Origin: a virus
Lineage: Duplodnaviria > Heunggongvirae > Uroviricota > Caudoviricetes
IMG/VR virus record: IMGVR_UViG_3300028585_000514
Reading direction: 5' to 3' (one strand)
DNA: 64,000 nucleotides
In this document: piece after piece, positions 56,096 to 64,000 of the stretch
Position numbering within the stretch: position 1 is the stretch's first letter
How the letters are laid out: each line of letters begins with the position of its first letter
The notes under the pieces: generated by a model
The model's input: only the letters and a program-made list of their open reading frames with translations
Databases searched by the model: none
Told to the model about the DNA's origin: nothing
Translations under genes and position numbers: made by a program

Positions 56096-59000
56096 TTACA
56101 TCGGCATGTTTAGGAAGGTAGATAACGATGGGGCATAACCATCAGTGCCCATTTGTGGGGTTGTGCCTAAGCGCTGGCGGGTTGAAGTCAGTTTGAAATC
56201 TTCTTGCGCTAGCTTGTAGTTCTTATCTGTGATTTCCACCAACTCGGTCACTTTTGTCAGGATGCTACCCAACAAAGTTTCTTCAGCAGTCTTGGTAGGC
56301 TGGCTTGGAGTAGGTGAACTACCGCTTCCGCCTGAAGCGCCGCCTGGGGCCGCTTGCGGTGCACCAGATGGATTATCAACTGAAGGAGTTCCTGATGAAG
56401 CAGGAGACGCCTGAACGCCTTGAGCAGCCAATTGGTCGCGAGTCAGAGCTTCGCCATGCTGGTTGACCAATCCAAGATTGTCAGTAGCAGGTGTTGGTGC
56501 TGTACCTTGAACAGTTGAATTGCCGTTGCGATCTTCTTCATGCTGATCACTCTTGCTCTTCTTATCACGTGCTGCTTTCTTAGCTTCACGTTCCTTACGC
56601 TTCTTAGCTTCTTCTGGCGTATCAGTGTCGGAGAACTTCGTATCAGTCGATGCGAAGCCAATCAATCCACCATTTGCTGATTCAGCTTTCAACTTAGCAA
56701 AGCCTTCACGAGCAGATTTGCCACCAGCCCAATCAGGAATCAAATTGATCATGCCTTCGATCAAATCGGAACCGACCTTAATAGCACCCTTCATAAGCGC
56801 CGTGCCCATGAACTGAACACCCTTCACGAGGCTGCGTAGGATAGTATTTACGATACCACCATCGCCACCTTCTCCGGTAAACGCTGCGATCCAGGTCGAT
56901 GGGCTCAATGCATCGGTGATTGCGCCGCCAATCCAACCCATGACTGATTTGAACGCGTCGTATAGGGCTGGGATACCGTTGTTGACAATCCACTCAACTG
57001 CGCCTTCAGCATAGTCAGTGATGATTTGTACGCCATCGGTAGCAACGTCGTTTAGCAAGCGAGCTGTACCATCTGTCGGGATCAAACCAAACGATAGTGT
57101 ATTTAATGCACCAGCAATACCAGCAGAAATCTTTTGCGCAGAGGTAAGGGCTGTTTTCTTGGTGTCAACGCCGAAGATTTCTGCAGCACGATTAACGCCA
57201 TCCATTGCACCTTTTAGGCCTTCAATTGCAGCCACCGCAACACCGAGGAATGGAACCGCCTTAGCGCCAAGCGACATGATGCCACCCATAGCTCTACTTG
57301 CTCCACCTGCAACCGCACCTGCTGCTGAACGCGCACCACCAGCGACTGCACCAACTGTAGCTGAACCGGCACGTCCAAGCGCACCAACTGTTCTTCCAGG
57401 TGCTGACTCCATTGCGCGTCGAGTAATACGATCGCCAAAGCCATTGACGCTGTCGACCATTTGCTGACGGCGTTGGGACGATGCTTCACGGACACGATGC
57501 AAAGCGCCTTGAGTGCGGCGGCCGGTACGTTCACGAGCGTCATCAATACGATCAGCAAGAGTGCGAGCACGTGGTGGGGCTGGTGGGCCTTGCAATGCGT
57601 TGTCACGTTCGATACGAGCTTGAACCTTCTTGCGGTTCTCTTCGATCTTCTGTTGAAGTGTTTGCGAACCAATGCTTGTACTATTTTCCAAACCCGCCTT
57701 GCGACGTTCTTTGAACGCCTTATCAGCTTGAATTTGACGGGTTATCTGCTGATGACCTGGCAAACCTGCTTCTTGATATTGCTGCTTAGGCGTCCAACCA
57801 TGCTTCTTAGCAACTTGACCCATTTGCGATGAGAAGCGATCAGGGTCTTGGACTACTGATCCAGGGCGTGCGCCAACTTTGCCGTTACCTTTTTTGCCAG
57901 GCTTCTTATCGCCATCCGCATCAGTGCCACTAGTCTTGTTCTTTTTGTCGGGGCCGTCATCATCGTCACGATCCTTCTTCTTACCAAGCTTAGCGAAGTT
58001 CTTTGCCAAGAGGTAGCCGATACCAAGGACACCAACTAGAATTTTAGTTAATGGACTTTGAAGGATTTGGCCAACAGATTCAATCTTAGCTGAAACGCTA
58101 GCAATCTCTGCAGGGACGCGACCGATTGCCTTGTTGGCTTCTACTTCACCAGGAGTCATGCCGCGATCTAGGTTCGCCTCGCGCATTGAGTCCTTCATTC
58201 CGGTCAGTGCTTGGGATGCTTCATCAGCGTACTCACCTAGGATTTGTGAGTTGAGGTCGCCTTTACCAGCAAGCGCATCAGTCTTTGAGGTTAGCTCGCG
58301 TGAGAAGTCCGCCATGAACTTAGCATTCTCTGGGTCCTTCATCGCTGCACGGCCACGTTGTAGGATCGAAGCTGCCTTCGCGGCTTTTGCTGGGTCCATA
58401 CCAACAGCAGATGCGGCCGCCATAGCGCCAGCGCTAGCATCCAAACGATCAGCTACTTTGCTGTTCTGAATTTGCTGGAAGGTCTTGATGACATTGATCG
58501 CAGCTTCGTTGGTCAAGCCCATGGTAACTAGACGCTTACGTTCCATGTTGATGCTCTGCACCATTTGGACACGCTGTGCCTTATTCAAGCTCGACATGAT
58601 CTTGGTGGAATCGTTGTCCATCAAGATAGCTTTAGTCTGTGCGGCCAATGCTTCGATTGATTCACCGGTCACTGCACGTAGGTGCTCGTAGTCCGCGATC
58701 TGTGCATTTGTCGCTTTTGACAAGGCCGCCTTATCGCGCATATCAACGCCCGTTAGGAACGCGACTTGATTCATCTCAGCACGAGCTTTAGCTGCTTGTT
58801 CGGTGGTGAGACCGAGCTGCATCAACTGTTGCTGCGATTCTTTTAGCGAGTCAGTAAAGCCACGCAGTCCCATCTTACCGACAAGCTTCATGTTAGCTTG
58901 GGTGATGTTGGTTAGCGACTGTAGCGAGATGCCAAGATTGATTGCAGTCATCGACAGTTGGACGAACGCTCCACCAAAACCAGCAGATGCGGTTTCCCAA

Positions 59001-59851
59001 TATTGCTTGTATGCTTCCTTAGCACCAGTAACGATGACCGCCATCGAGCCAGCAAGAGTCGCGGCTTCGTGAGTGATGCCTGATCGGATTGCTAGTGTTG
59101 CTTTTTCCACGCCATCGCGTAGACCATCAGTGACACGTTGTAGGCCACCGAACGAGGTCGAAGTGCGGCGAATGGAGGTACGGATGATGTTTGCGTTACG
59201 AGCTTCATCGTCTAGGGTACGAGCCGCACGAGTGAACTCGTTCTTGCGGATCATCTCCTGGACTTCATCCGACAGGACCATTTCCTTGTTTAGCTTTTGT
59301 AGAGCCTTACGAAGTTTGTCATTATCGGTAATGCTTGATAGGGATTGCTCGCCAATCTCTTTTAGGATTTCGCCGTACTGACCAAGGAACTTGCCAGTCT
59401 CTTCTAGCTTCTCTTCGAGGAATTCTGCTTTCTTACCAGCATTCGCCATGGATTGTCCCATGAACGAGTAATGGCGAATGCTGTTGTTGATCGATTCGAT
59501 AAGGTCTTTTTGTGCCTTCTTCGATAGATCGCCGCTCTTGATCATGCCACGAGTAGCATCATCTTGAGCTTCGTACAGGTCTCTTAGAGTTTTGGTGGTG
59601 TTGCTAAAGCCGCGACGTAGGGCATTAATTTCCTTTTCAACATCCCTAGCGGTGTTGCTAAGATTTTTGAAATTCTTTTGCGCTTCCTTAGTATCTACTT
59701 GATCCTTAGGTTTGGCGCGGCCACCACCAGTGCTAGAGCCAGGACGCCCGCTACCACCAAGATTATCCATCTTGGCGACCAATTGATTAATCGCTTTGCT
59801 CAAGTCACTGATGACTCGGCTCATGTCTGGTGTTCTGTCGGAACTCGCCAT
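56096..59851 (-). CDS. tape-measure-like tail protein
   Basis: 1251 aa, long helical Ala/Gly-rich with central hydrophobic segments; late promoter 59888-59894; near tail chaperone genes. Confidence 0.7.
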   Translation of the reverse strand: MASSDRTPDMSRVISDLSKAINQLVAKMDNLGGSGRPGSSTGGGRAKPKDQVDTKEAQKNFKNLSNTARDVEKEINALRRGFSNTTKTLRDLYEAQDDATRGMIKSGDLSKKAQKDLIESINNSIRHYSFMGQSMANAGKKAEFLEEKLEETGKFLGQYGEILKEIGEQSLSSITDNDKLRKALQKLNKEMVLSDEVQEMIRKNEFTRAARTLDDEARNANIIRTSIRRTSTSFGGLQRVTDGLRDGVEKATLAIRSGITHEAATLAGSMAVIVTGAKEAYKQYWETASAGFGGAFVQLSMTAINLGISLQSLTNITQANMKLVGKMGLRGFTDSLKESQQQLMQLGLTTEQAAKARAEMNQVAFLTGVDMRDKAALSKATNAQIADYEHLRAVTGESIEALAAQTKAILMDNDSTKIMSSLNKAQRVQMVQSINMERKRLVTMGLTNEAAINVIKTFQQIQNSKVADRLDASAGAMAAASAVGMDPAKAAKAASILQRGRAAMKDPENAKFMADFSRELTSKTDALAGKGDLNSQILGEYADEASQALTGMKDSMREANLDRGMTPGEVEANKAIGRVPAEIASVSAKIESVGQILQSPLTKILVGVLGIGYLLAKNFAKLGKKKDRDDDDGPDKKNKTSGTDADGDKKPGKKGNGKVGARPGSVVQDPDRFSSQMGQVAKKHGWTPKQQYQEAGLPGHQQITRQIQADKAFKERRKAGLENSTSIGSQTLQQKIEENRKKVQARIERDNALQGPPAPPRARTLADRIDDARERTGRRTQGALHRVREASSQRRQQMVDSVNGFGDRITRRAMESAPGRTVGALGRAGSATVGAVAGGARSAAGAVAGGASRAMGGIMSLGAKAVPFLGVAVAAIEGLKGAMDGVNRAAEIFGVDTKKTALTSAQKISAGIAGALNTLSFGLIPTDGTARLLNDVATDGVQIITDYAEGAVEWIVNNGIPALYDAFKSVMGWIGGAITDALSPSTWIAAFTGEGGDGGIVNTILRSLVKGVQFMGTALMKGAIKVGSDLIEGMINLIPDWAGGKSAREGFAKLKAESANGGLIGFASTDTKFSDTDTPEEAKKRKEREAKKAARDKKSKSDQHEEDRNGNSTVQGTAPTPATDNLGLVNQHGEALTRDQLAAQGVQASPASSGTPSVDNPSGAPQAAPGGASGGSGSSPTPSQPTKTAEETLLGSILTKVTELVEITDKNYKLAQEDFKLTSTRQRLGTTPQMGTDGYAPSLSTFLNMPM

Positions 59852-59931
59852 TTGTTATGCCCTATTGGAGAAATTAAGTCTATGTCATATTTATTGAATT
59901 TCAGCCATCCTGAAAGTTGATAAATATTCAC

Positions 59932-60345
59932 ATGGCAAATGCAAATCACAAAACATCCGCAAGCAAAGATGGTCGCCTAAAGACGGAAGACTTGGTCTTC
60001 GATCCTAAGAAAATGACCTTCAACGACTTCATCGCGAACAATGCGGTGATGATGCTTCCGGGTATCAGTACGAAGATGCTCACGATGGGAGGATTGCGCC
60101 TAGGGCTACTACCACCATTGGCACAAGAGTATTTCGTCAGATGGTTGTTCGAAGTCAACAGGCGGCGCCTGGAACAAGGCTTGGAGCTGATGGTGACATA
60201 CGACATCATCAAGCAATGTCCTTTGTGGAAGGTTATCCCAATGCCTTACCGCAACATCAAGATGACTAAAGAATCTGTCGCTGCATTGGACAAGCTCATT
60301 CCGCCTGAAAAGAGACTCAAATTTCAGGCCATCAATAAGAAATAA
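59932..60345 (+). CDS. late hypothetical protein
   Basis: ATG 5 nt after ATAAATA (59920-59926). Confidence 0.65.
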   Translation: MANANHKTSASKDGRLKTEDLVFDPKKMTFNDFIANNAVMMLPGISTKMLTMGGLRLGLLPPLAQEYFVRWLFEVNRRRLEQGLELMVTYDIIKQCPLWKVIPMPYRNIKMTKESVAALDKLIPPEKRLKFQAINKK

Positions 60346-60381
60346 ATATAGCAGTCAACTACACAATAAGGAATATTCTCA

Positions 60382-61179
60382 ATGGAACAAGTCACTCCAT
60401 CAGCAAATCCGCTGATGTCCAAAATCAAAATGCCAGGTCGTATCTTCCGACTACCATCTGGTGGCTATCTTTACAAGAATGGCGAGCTAAGCGAGTCATG
60501 CAAGGATGGTGAGGTTCATGTTCGCCCAATGTCGGCACTAGCCGAAATCAAGATGAAGAATCCTGATATGCTATTCTCAGGCCAAGCCGTTCGTGAAGTC
60601 CTAGCAGAATGCGTCGAAGAAATCAAGAAGCCAGATGAACTATTCGGTCGTGACGTTGATGCGCTAATGTGCTTCCTACGTGTGGTTACCTATGGTCCAG
60701 AGTTCCGCATCGAAGCAGACCATGGCTGCCAACCAGATTCAAGCGTGCATGGCTATGTGATCGACATCGAAGGCATCATCAACGCTATTCGTCAACTCGA
60801 CCCAACCACTATCGGACAGCGCTATGCGGTCAATCTGCCAAATGGTCAGGTCGTAACGCTAGACCCAATTCGCTTCAAGACCGTCGTGGAATTGATGCAA
60901 GCAAATAACAAGGACCTACCTACTGCTGAAGACATTCAGCGTAACATGATCCAGAACTTGCTGAACATGATCGCTGACATCGATGGCATCACCGATAAGG
61001 CAATGATTCAGGAATGGATCGTCAGCGCTCCAGCGCCATACATTGGCGCTATCGCTAATGCATTGGATACCTCAAATGAATGGGGTCCTAAGTTTGAACA
61101 AGAAGTCGTGTGCCGTGATTGCGGCCAAAAGATGATTGTTGAACTGCCACTTAATCCAGTAAATTTTTTTTCAGGATAA
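60382..61179 (+). CDS. baseplate hub/tail assembly chaperone (gp26-like)
   Basis: LPSGG, VRPM, DVDALMCFLRVVTYG, C-terminal CRDCG..NFF; late promoter at 60342. Confidence 0.8.
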   Translation: MEQVTPSANPLMSKIKMPGRIFRLPSGGYLYKNGELSESCKDGEVHVRPMSALAEIKMKNPDMLFSGQAVREVLAECVEEIKKPDELFGRDVDALMCFLRVVTYGPEFRIEADHGCQPDSSVHGYVIDIEGIINAIRQLDPTTIGQRYAVNLPNGQVVTLDPIRFKTVVELMQANNKDLPTAEDIQRNMIQNLLNMIADIDGITDKAMIQEWIVSAPAPYIGAIANALDTSNEWGPKFEQEVVCRDCGQKMIVELPLNPVNFFSG

Positions 61180-61406
61180 TTAAAGGCGGGAATGGTGAGC
61201 AAATCGGTTCCTATATTGCTCAATTGGGAAGCGAGACACGAGCCATTCTCCGTTCAGCAACCGAATTGGTGTACTACATGCGAGGTGGCTTGTCATATAC
61301 CGAGGTGATGGCTATGAGTGCAGGTGAGCGAGAGGTAGTTGCTTCATTCATCAATAAGGCAATGAAGAACGCGAAAGATGACCCACGCACTGTGATCATG
61401 CTTTAA
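61164..61406 (+). CDS. -1 frame extension of the chaperone (gp51/gpT-like segment)
   Basis: The -1 frame is open from the T8 run to TAA 61406; LVYYMRGGLSYTEVMAMSAGER resembles tail-chaperone C-terminal extensions. Confidence 0.7.
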   Translation, partial: FFFRIIKGGNGEQIGSYIAQLGSETRAILRSATELVYYMRGGLSYTEVMAMSAGEREVVASFINKAMKNAKDDPRTVIML

Positions 61407-61409
61407 TTA

Positions 61410-62120
61410 TCCAAACGCACAGACGTGTAGATCAGCTCGCTGATAGCACGTCTTTTGTTCGCCAGAACAAATACCAAAAATCCGATAGTGGCTCTCGCAT
61501 AAACTCCTATGTCATATAAGAGCTCTTACTAGGCCTTCTATCGGATTTGTCTCATGATGCATATCTCTGAACGACTCGCTGTCGCTCGTCAGAAGAGGTA
61601 ATTGCTGTCGCACTTCCCTCTTCTTTATTTCCCTATCGGGCTAGTTCTACTACCTATTGGTAGGGTATTCCTCGATCCTCGGGATACTATAGCGCTATTC
61701 AGCGCCAACCCCAAAAGTCTCAGCATCAGAAACTCTTGTTTTGGTTTCACTCTTCAGGATCAAATGTCGATCCAACCTGCCCAGGTACTGCTTTACCAGG
61801 AATTCGAGTGTGTTTGCGGATACAGTGACGCATACCAAGTAGGACTATTAACCAAACAATTCGTCCTACTTCCGTTATCAATCTTGTGATAACATCTGGG
61901 GAATTTATAAGCTTGAAGTCGTAAAATGCTTTTACGCTAGATAGTTTATAAAACCGAGCGGTCGCCATATGGACATTTGGGCGACTCTTCAAAACGACGA
62001 TTATGGTTCCTCTCGCGTTCTCGGGTTTGTTTATGGATTAGCAGCTCATATCCTGCACACCAACGGGCTGGTTAACGATTCACAGACCCCGAATAAATTT
62101 CTGACGTATGAGTGTAAACG
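61410..62120. ncRNA. candidate large structured non-coding RNA (or structured origin)
   Basis: ~700 nt without a credible gene, tiled by at least a dozen hairpins, several nested. Confidence 0.55.
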
Positions 62121-62153
62121 AAAAAAGCGCACGACATTATATCGTGCGCTTTT
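62121..62153. terminator. bidirectional terminator
   Basis: AAAAGCGCACGA-CATTATA-TCGTGCGCTTTT. Confidence 0.85.
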
Positions 62154-62159
62154 GGGCAA

Positions 62160-62405
62160 TTACATGCCTTGTTTGCGAGCTGCCTTCTTCAACTGCTTGT
62201 AAACACCGCGTGCCGAATTCGGATTCACCATCAGGGTGCCTGGTAGGTACTTGATCTGTGGTGGGTTCTCGAGCACGCCTTCCTTAGCTTCAGGAGCAGC
62301 TTCAATGACGAAGCGCTTCGAGTTGCCTAGGTACTTGGTGCTGAATGCTTCGGTTGCCATGGTGGCAGCTAGTTTACGTAGTTTCTTTGCGGTTTTGGAG
62401 TTCAT
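62160..62405 (-). CDS. small basic hypothetical protein
   Basis: MNSKTAKKLRK..RGVYKQLKK; CTA-rich codons. Confidence 0.7.
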   Translation of the reverse strand: MNSKTAKKLRKLAATMATEAFSTKYLGNSKRFVIEAAPEAKEGVLENPPQIKYLPGTLMVNPNSARGVYKQLKKAARKQGM

Positions 62406-62551
62406 TTGAAAAGGTCTCTTTGTTATTTTTATATGTGAGTATGGGCGAATACATTTGCGTACTCAACCCCATGAAACGAACCACAGACATTGCATCTTGA
62501 TTCTTTGTTTCATGGTGATGAATTATACACCGCTTTCCGTCAAGGGACGAT

Positions 62552-63085
62552 TTATTTCATCCAAAAATCTGCGTGTTTGATTAGGTCCTCAAAGTGGCAG
62601 ACTTTGATCCCTTCCAAGATCGTAATGTGCTTCACATCCTCTGGTAGGACGATGTCAGGCTCAACAGCAGCGTAGATAGGAGTGTTGTTGAATTTGAAGA
62701 TAAGGATACCACGCTTATCCACTTTAGCAGCATCTGTCGCCGCCTCTCGCATCCAGGAGTAGATGTGTGACGTACCAAACAGAGCTTCCATACGTTCGGC
62801 TTCTTTGTAGAACTTGCACTCAACGACGAAGTTGAATCGTGGATTACCATCAACACACTCGTTGGTTGGTACAACGTCTCCGGTGAACAGAGCGAGAGTG
62901 AGCTTGCTATAGTCGCCCGCTGTTTTCGCATTCATCCCGCCGACGATTGCGCCTGACATTTGACTCTTCTTGAATTTGAGTGGTGCTAGAGCTGCGGTTA
63001 GAATCTTGCTAACCTTCAGTTCAAATGCACCACCCTTTGCTTTGCCGTTAACCTTCTTCTTTACGGTCTTCTTTTCTTCGGTCAT
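62552..63085 (-). CDS. Holliday junction resolvase (Hjc-like PD-(D/E)XK)
   Basis: GKAKGGAFELKV, GDV, VECK. Confidence 0.8.
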   Translation of the reverse strand: MTEEKKTVKKKVNGKAKGGAFELKVSKILTAALAPLKFKKSQMSGAIVGGMNAKTAGDYSKLTLALFTGDVVPTNECVDGNPRFNFVVECKFYKEAERMEALFGTSHIYSWMREAATDAAKVDKRGILIFKFNNTPIYAAVEPDIVLPEDVKHITILEGIKVCHFEDLIKHADFWMK

Positions 63086-63539
63086 GATCCTTCAGTTCCT
63101 GACAATACTCTTGTACTATCACGATTTCAGGAAGAGCAACACTGATGTCCTTCAAAATGCTCACGTCGTAATCACCAATGTCATACGAGAGAGTAATGTG
63201 AGGAATGTAGGTTGGGAAGTCGTGTGAAGCGCCCTCCCAATTCCTTAGAAAATTATGTCGTCCAATTGCTTCTGGACAATCAATCTTTAGGACCAAACAG
63301 TTCGTGCCACTCTTAGTGCTGAATACGTCAAAGCCAATAGGCCTTGCAATCCAACCAGGAGTAATGTCACGCTGCTTTGGTACATTGGGTAGGTGTTTGC
63401 GGCTATACGCGATTGTGCTGTGATACTCGGCTTGATCAATCAGGTTTGGAACCGCATTAGCAACTCCAAACCCAACCAACTTAGCAACGGTCTCTTCATG
63501 AAATCTAACAGCGACAAAAGTTCCGTTGTTATGTTTCAT
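63048..63539 (-). CDS. acb1: 2H phosphoesterase, Acb1/T4 gp57B-like anti-CBASS nuclease
   Basis: HSTIAYSR and HDFPTYIPHITLSYD twin HxT motifs, LVLKIDC. Confidence 0.8.
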   Translation of the reverse strand: MKHNNGTFVAVRFHEETVAKLVGFGVANAVPNLIDQAEYHSTIAYSRKHLPNVPKQRDITPGWIARPIGFDVFSTKSGTNCLVLKIDCPEAIGRHNFLRNWEGASHDFPTYIPHITLSYDIGDYDVSILKDISVALPEIVIVQEYCQELKDHDRRKEDRKEEG

Positions 63540-63544
63540 GGTAT

Positions 63545-64000
63545 TTATACAACCTCAATTCGATCAATTGCGCTGAATCCATTCTCGAAGCGAACAGTCA
63601 TCTCACGATCAAAACGACCAATACACTCTGGACGGTGACTGATCACCCAAATGCCTAGGTTGTTTTCTTGTGAGGCCTTCAACTTCACCGAACGAATAAT
63701 AGCTTCGACGCCAGGAGCATCCATCGCACCAGCATCCACCTCATCGACGACCAGAATGTTCACACCAGTATGTAGGTGCTGAAGCATGTCGCGGAACGCC
63801 ATGGACAGGGCTAAGTTCAGGCGCTTCTTCTCGCCACCCGATAGATTACCGTAGTCCAACTCACGACCGAACTCTGAGATGGTGCAGGACATGTCAGGAT
63901 TGAACGTGACCATATGAGTCAAGCCCAATGTCTTAGCATGGTAGTGAATCTGCTTATTCAGGAACGGAACAGACTTATTGATGATCTTCTTACGAATGAA
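63545..64000 (-). CDS. Rad50/SbcC-like recombination ATPase (gp46), C-terminal part
   Basis: LSGGEKKR signature, VVDEVD Walker B, VISH; frame open to window edge. Confidence 0.92.
   Translation of the reverse strand, partial: FIRKKIINKSVPFLNKQIHYHAKTLGLTHMVTFNPDMSCTISEFGRELDYGNLSGGEKKRLNLALSMAFRDMLQHLHTGVNILVVDEVDAGAMDAPGVEAIIRSVKLKASQENNLGIWVISHRPECIGRFDREMTVRFENGFSAIDRIEVV

Noticed and set aside
61410-62120. Group I/II intron, tmRNA, tRNA cluster or CRISPR array as the explanation
   Set aside because: No interrupted gene, no recognisable catalytic-core or cloverleaf signatures, no direct repeats with spacers; only a covariance search can exclude these fully
61602-62202. Short ORFs (61602-61889, 61747-61992, 61969-62202) in the structured region
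   Set aside because: Weak or non-ATG starts, no RBS, atypical composition, mutual overlap
1-64000. TAG stop-codon reassignment suggested by abundant TAG triplets
   Set aside because: Core genes are intact in the standard code and some genes end in TAG; the triplets are mostly CTA codons on the minus strand

Overview
This window is a 64-kb segment of a large, probably jumbo, lytic myovirus with distant T4-like structural genes. It holds the head module (portal, prohead protease, scaffold, major capsid), neck, tail sheath and tube, a tape-measure-like gene and a gp26-like chaperone. Replication and repair genes include clamp loader subunits, two separated DnaE/PolIII-alpha fragments, a Holliday junction resolvase and the end of gp46/Rad50. 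Likely counter-defence and RNA-repair genes include an Acb1-like 2H phosphoesterase, an Rnl2-type ligase, Thg1, two nucleotidyltransferases, an ART-like protein and H-NS. There is a late-expressed cluster of three radical SAM enzymes, three glycosyltransferase-like genes and an SGNH hydrolase, plus islands of small early genes behind a repeated TGTACA-N17-TATAAT promoter. Two promoter classes (sigma70-like early, T4-like ATAAATA late) and many intrinsic terminators are visible. The top leads are: a ~740-nt densely hairpinned non-coding region (61410-62155); the radical SAM/glycosyltransferase cluster; an intein-less split mini-DnaE whose second half appears to need an AUA start; a probable -1 frameshift in the gp26-like gene; and a family of putative capsid-packaged injected proteins. 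No tRNA, rRNA or CRISPR array was recognised. All protein calls rest on motif recognition by eye, not database searches.
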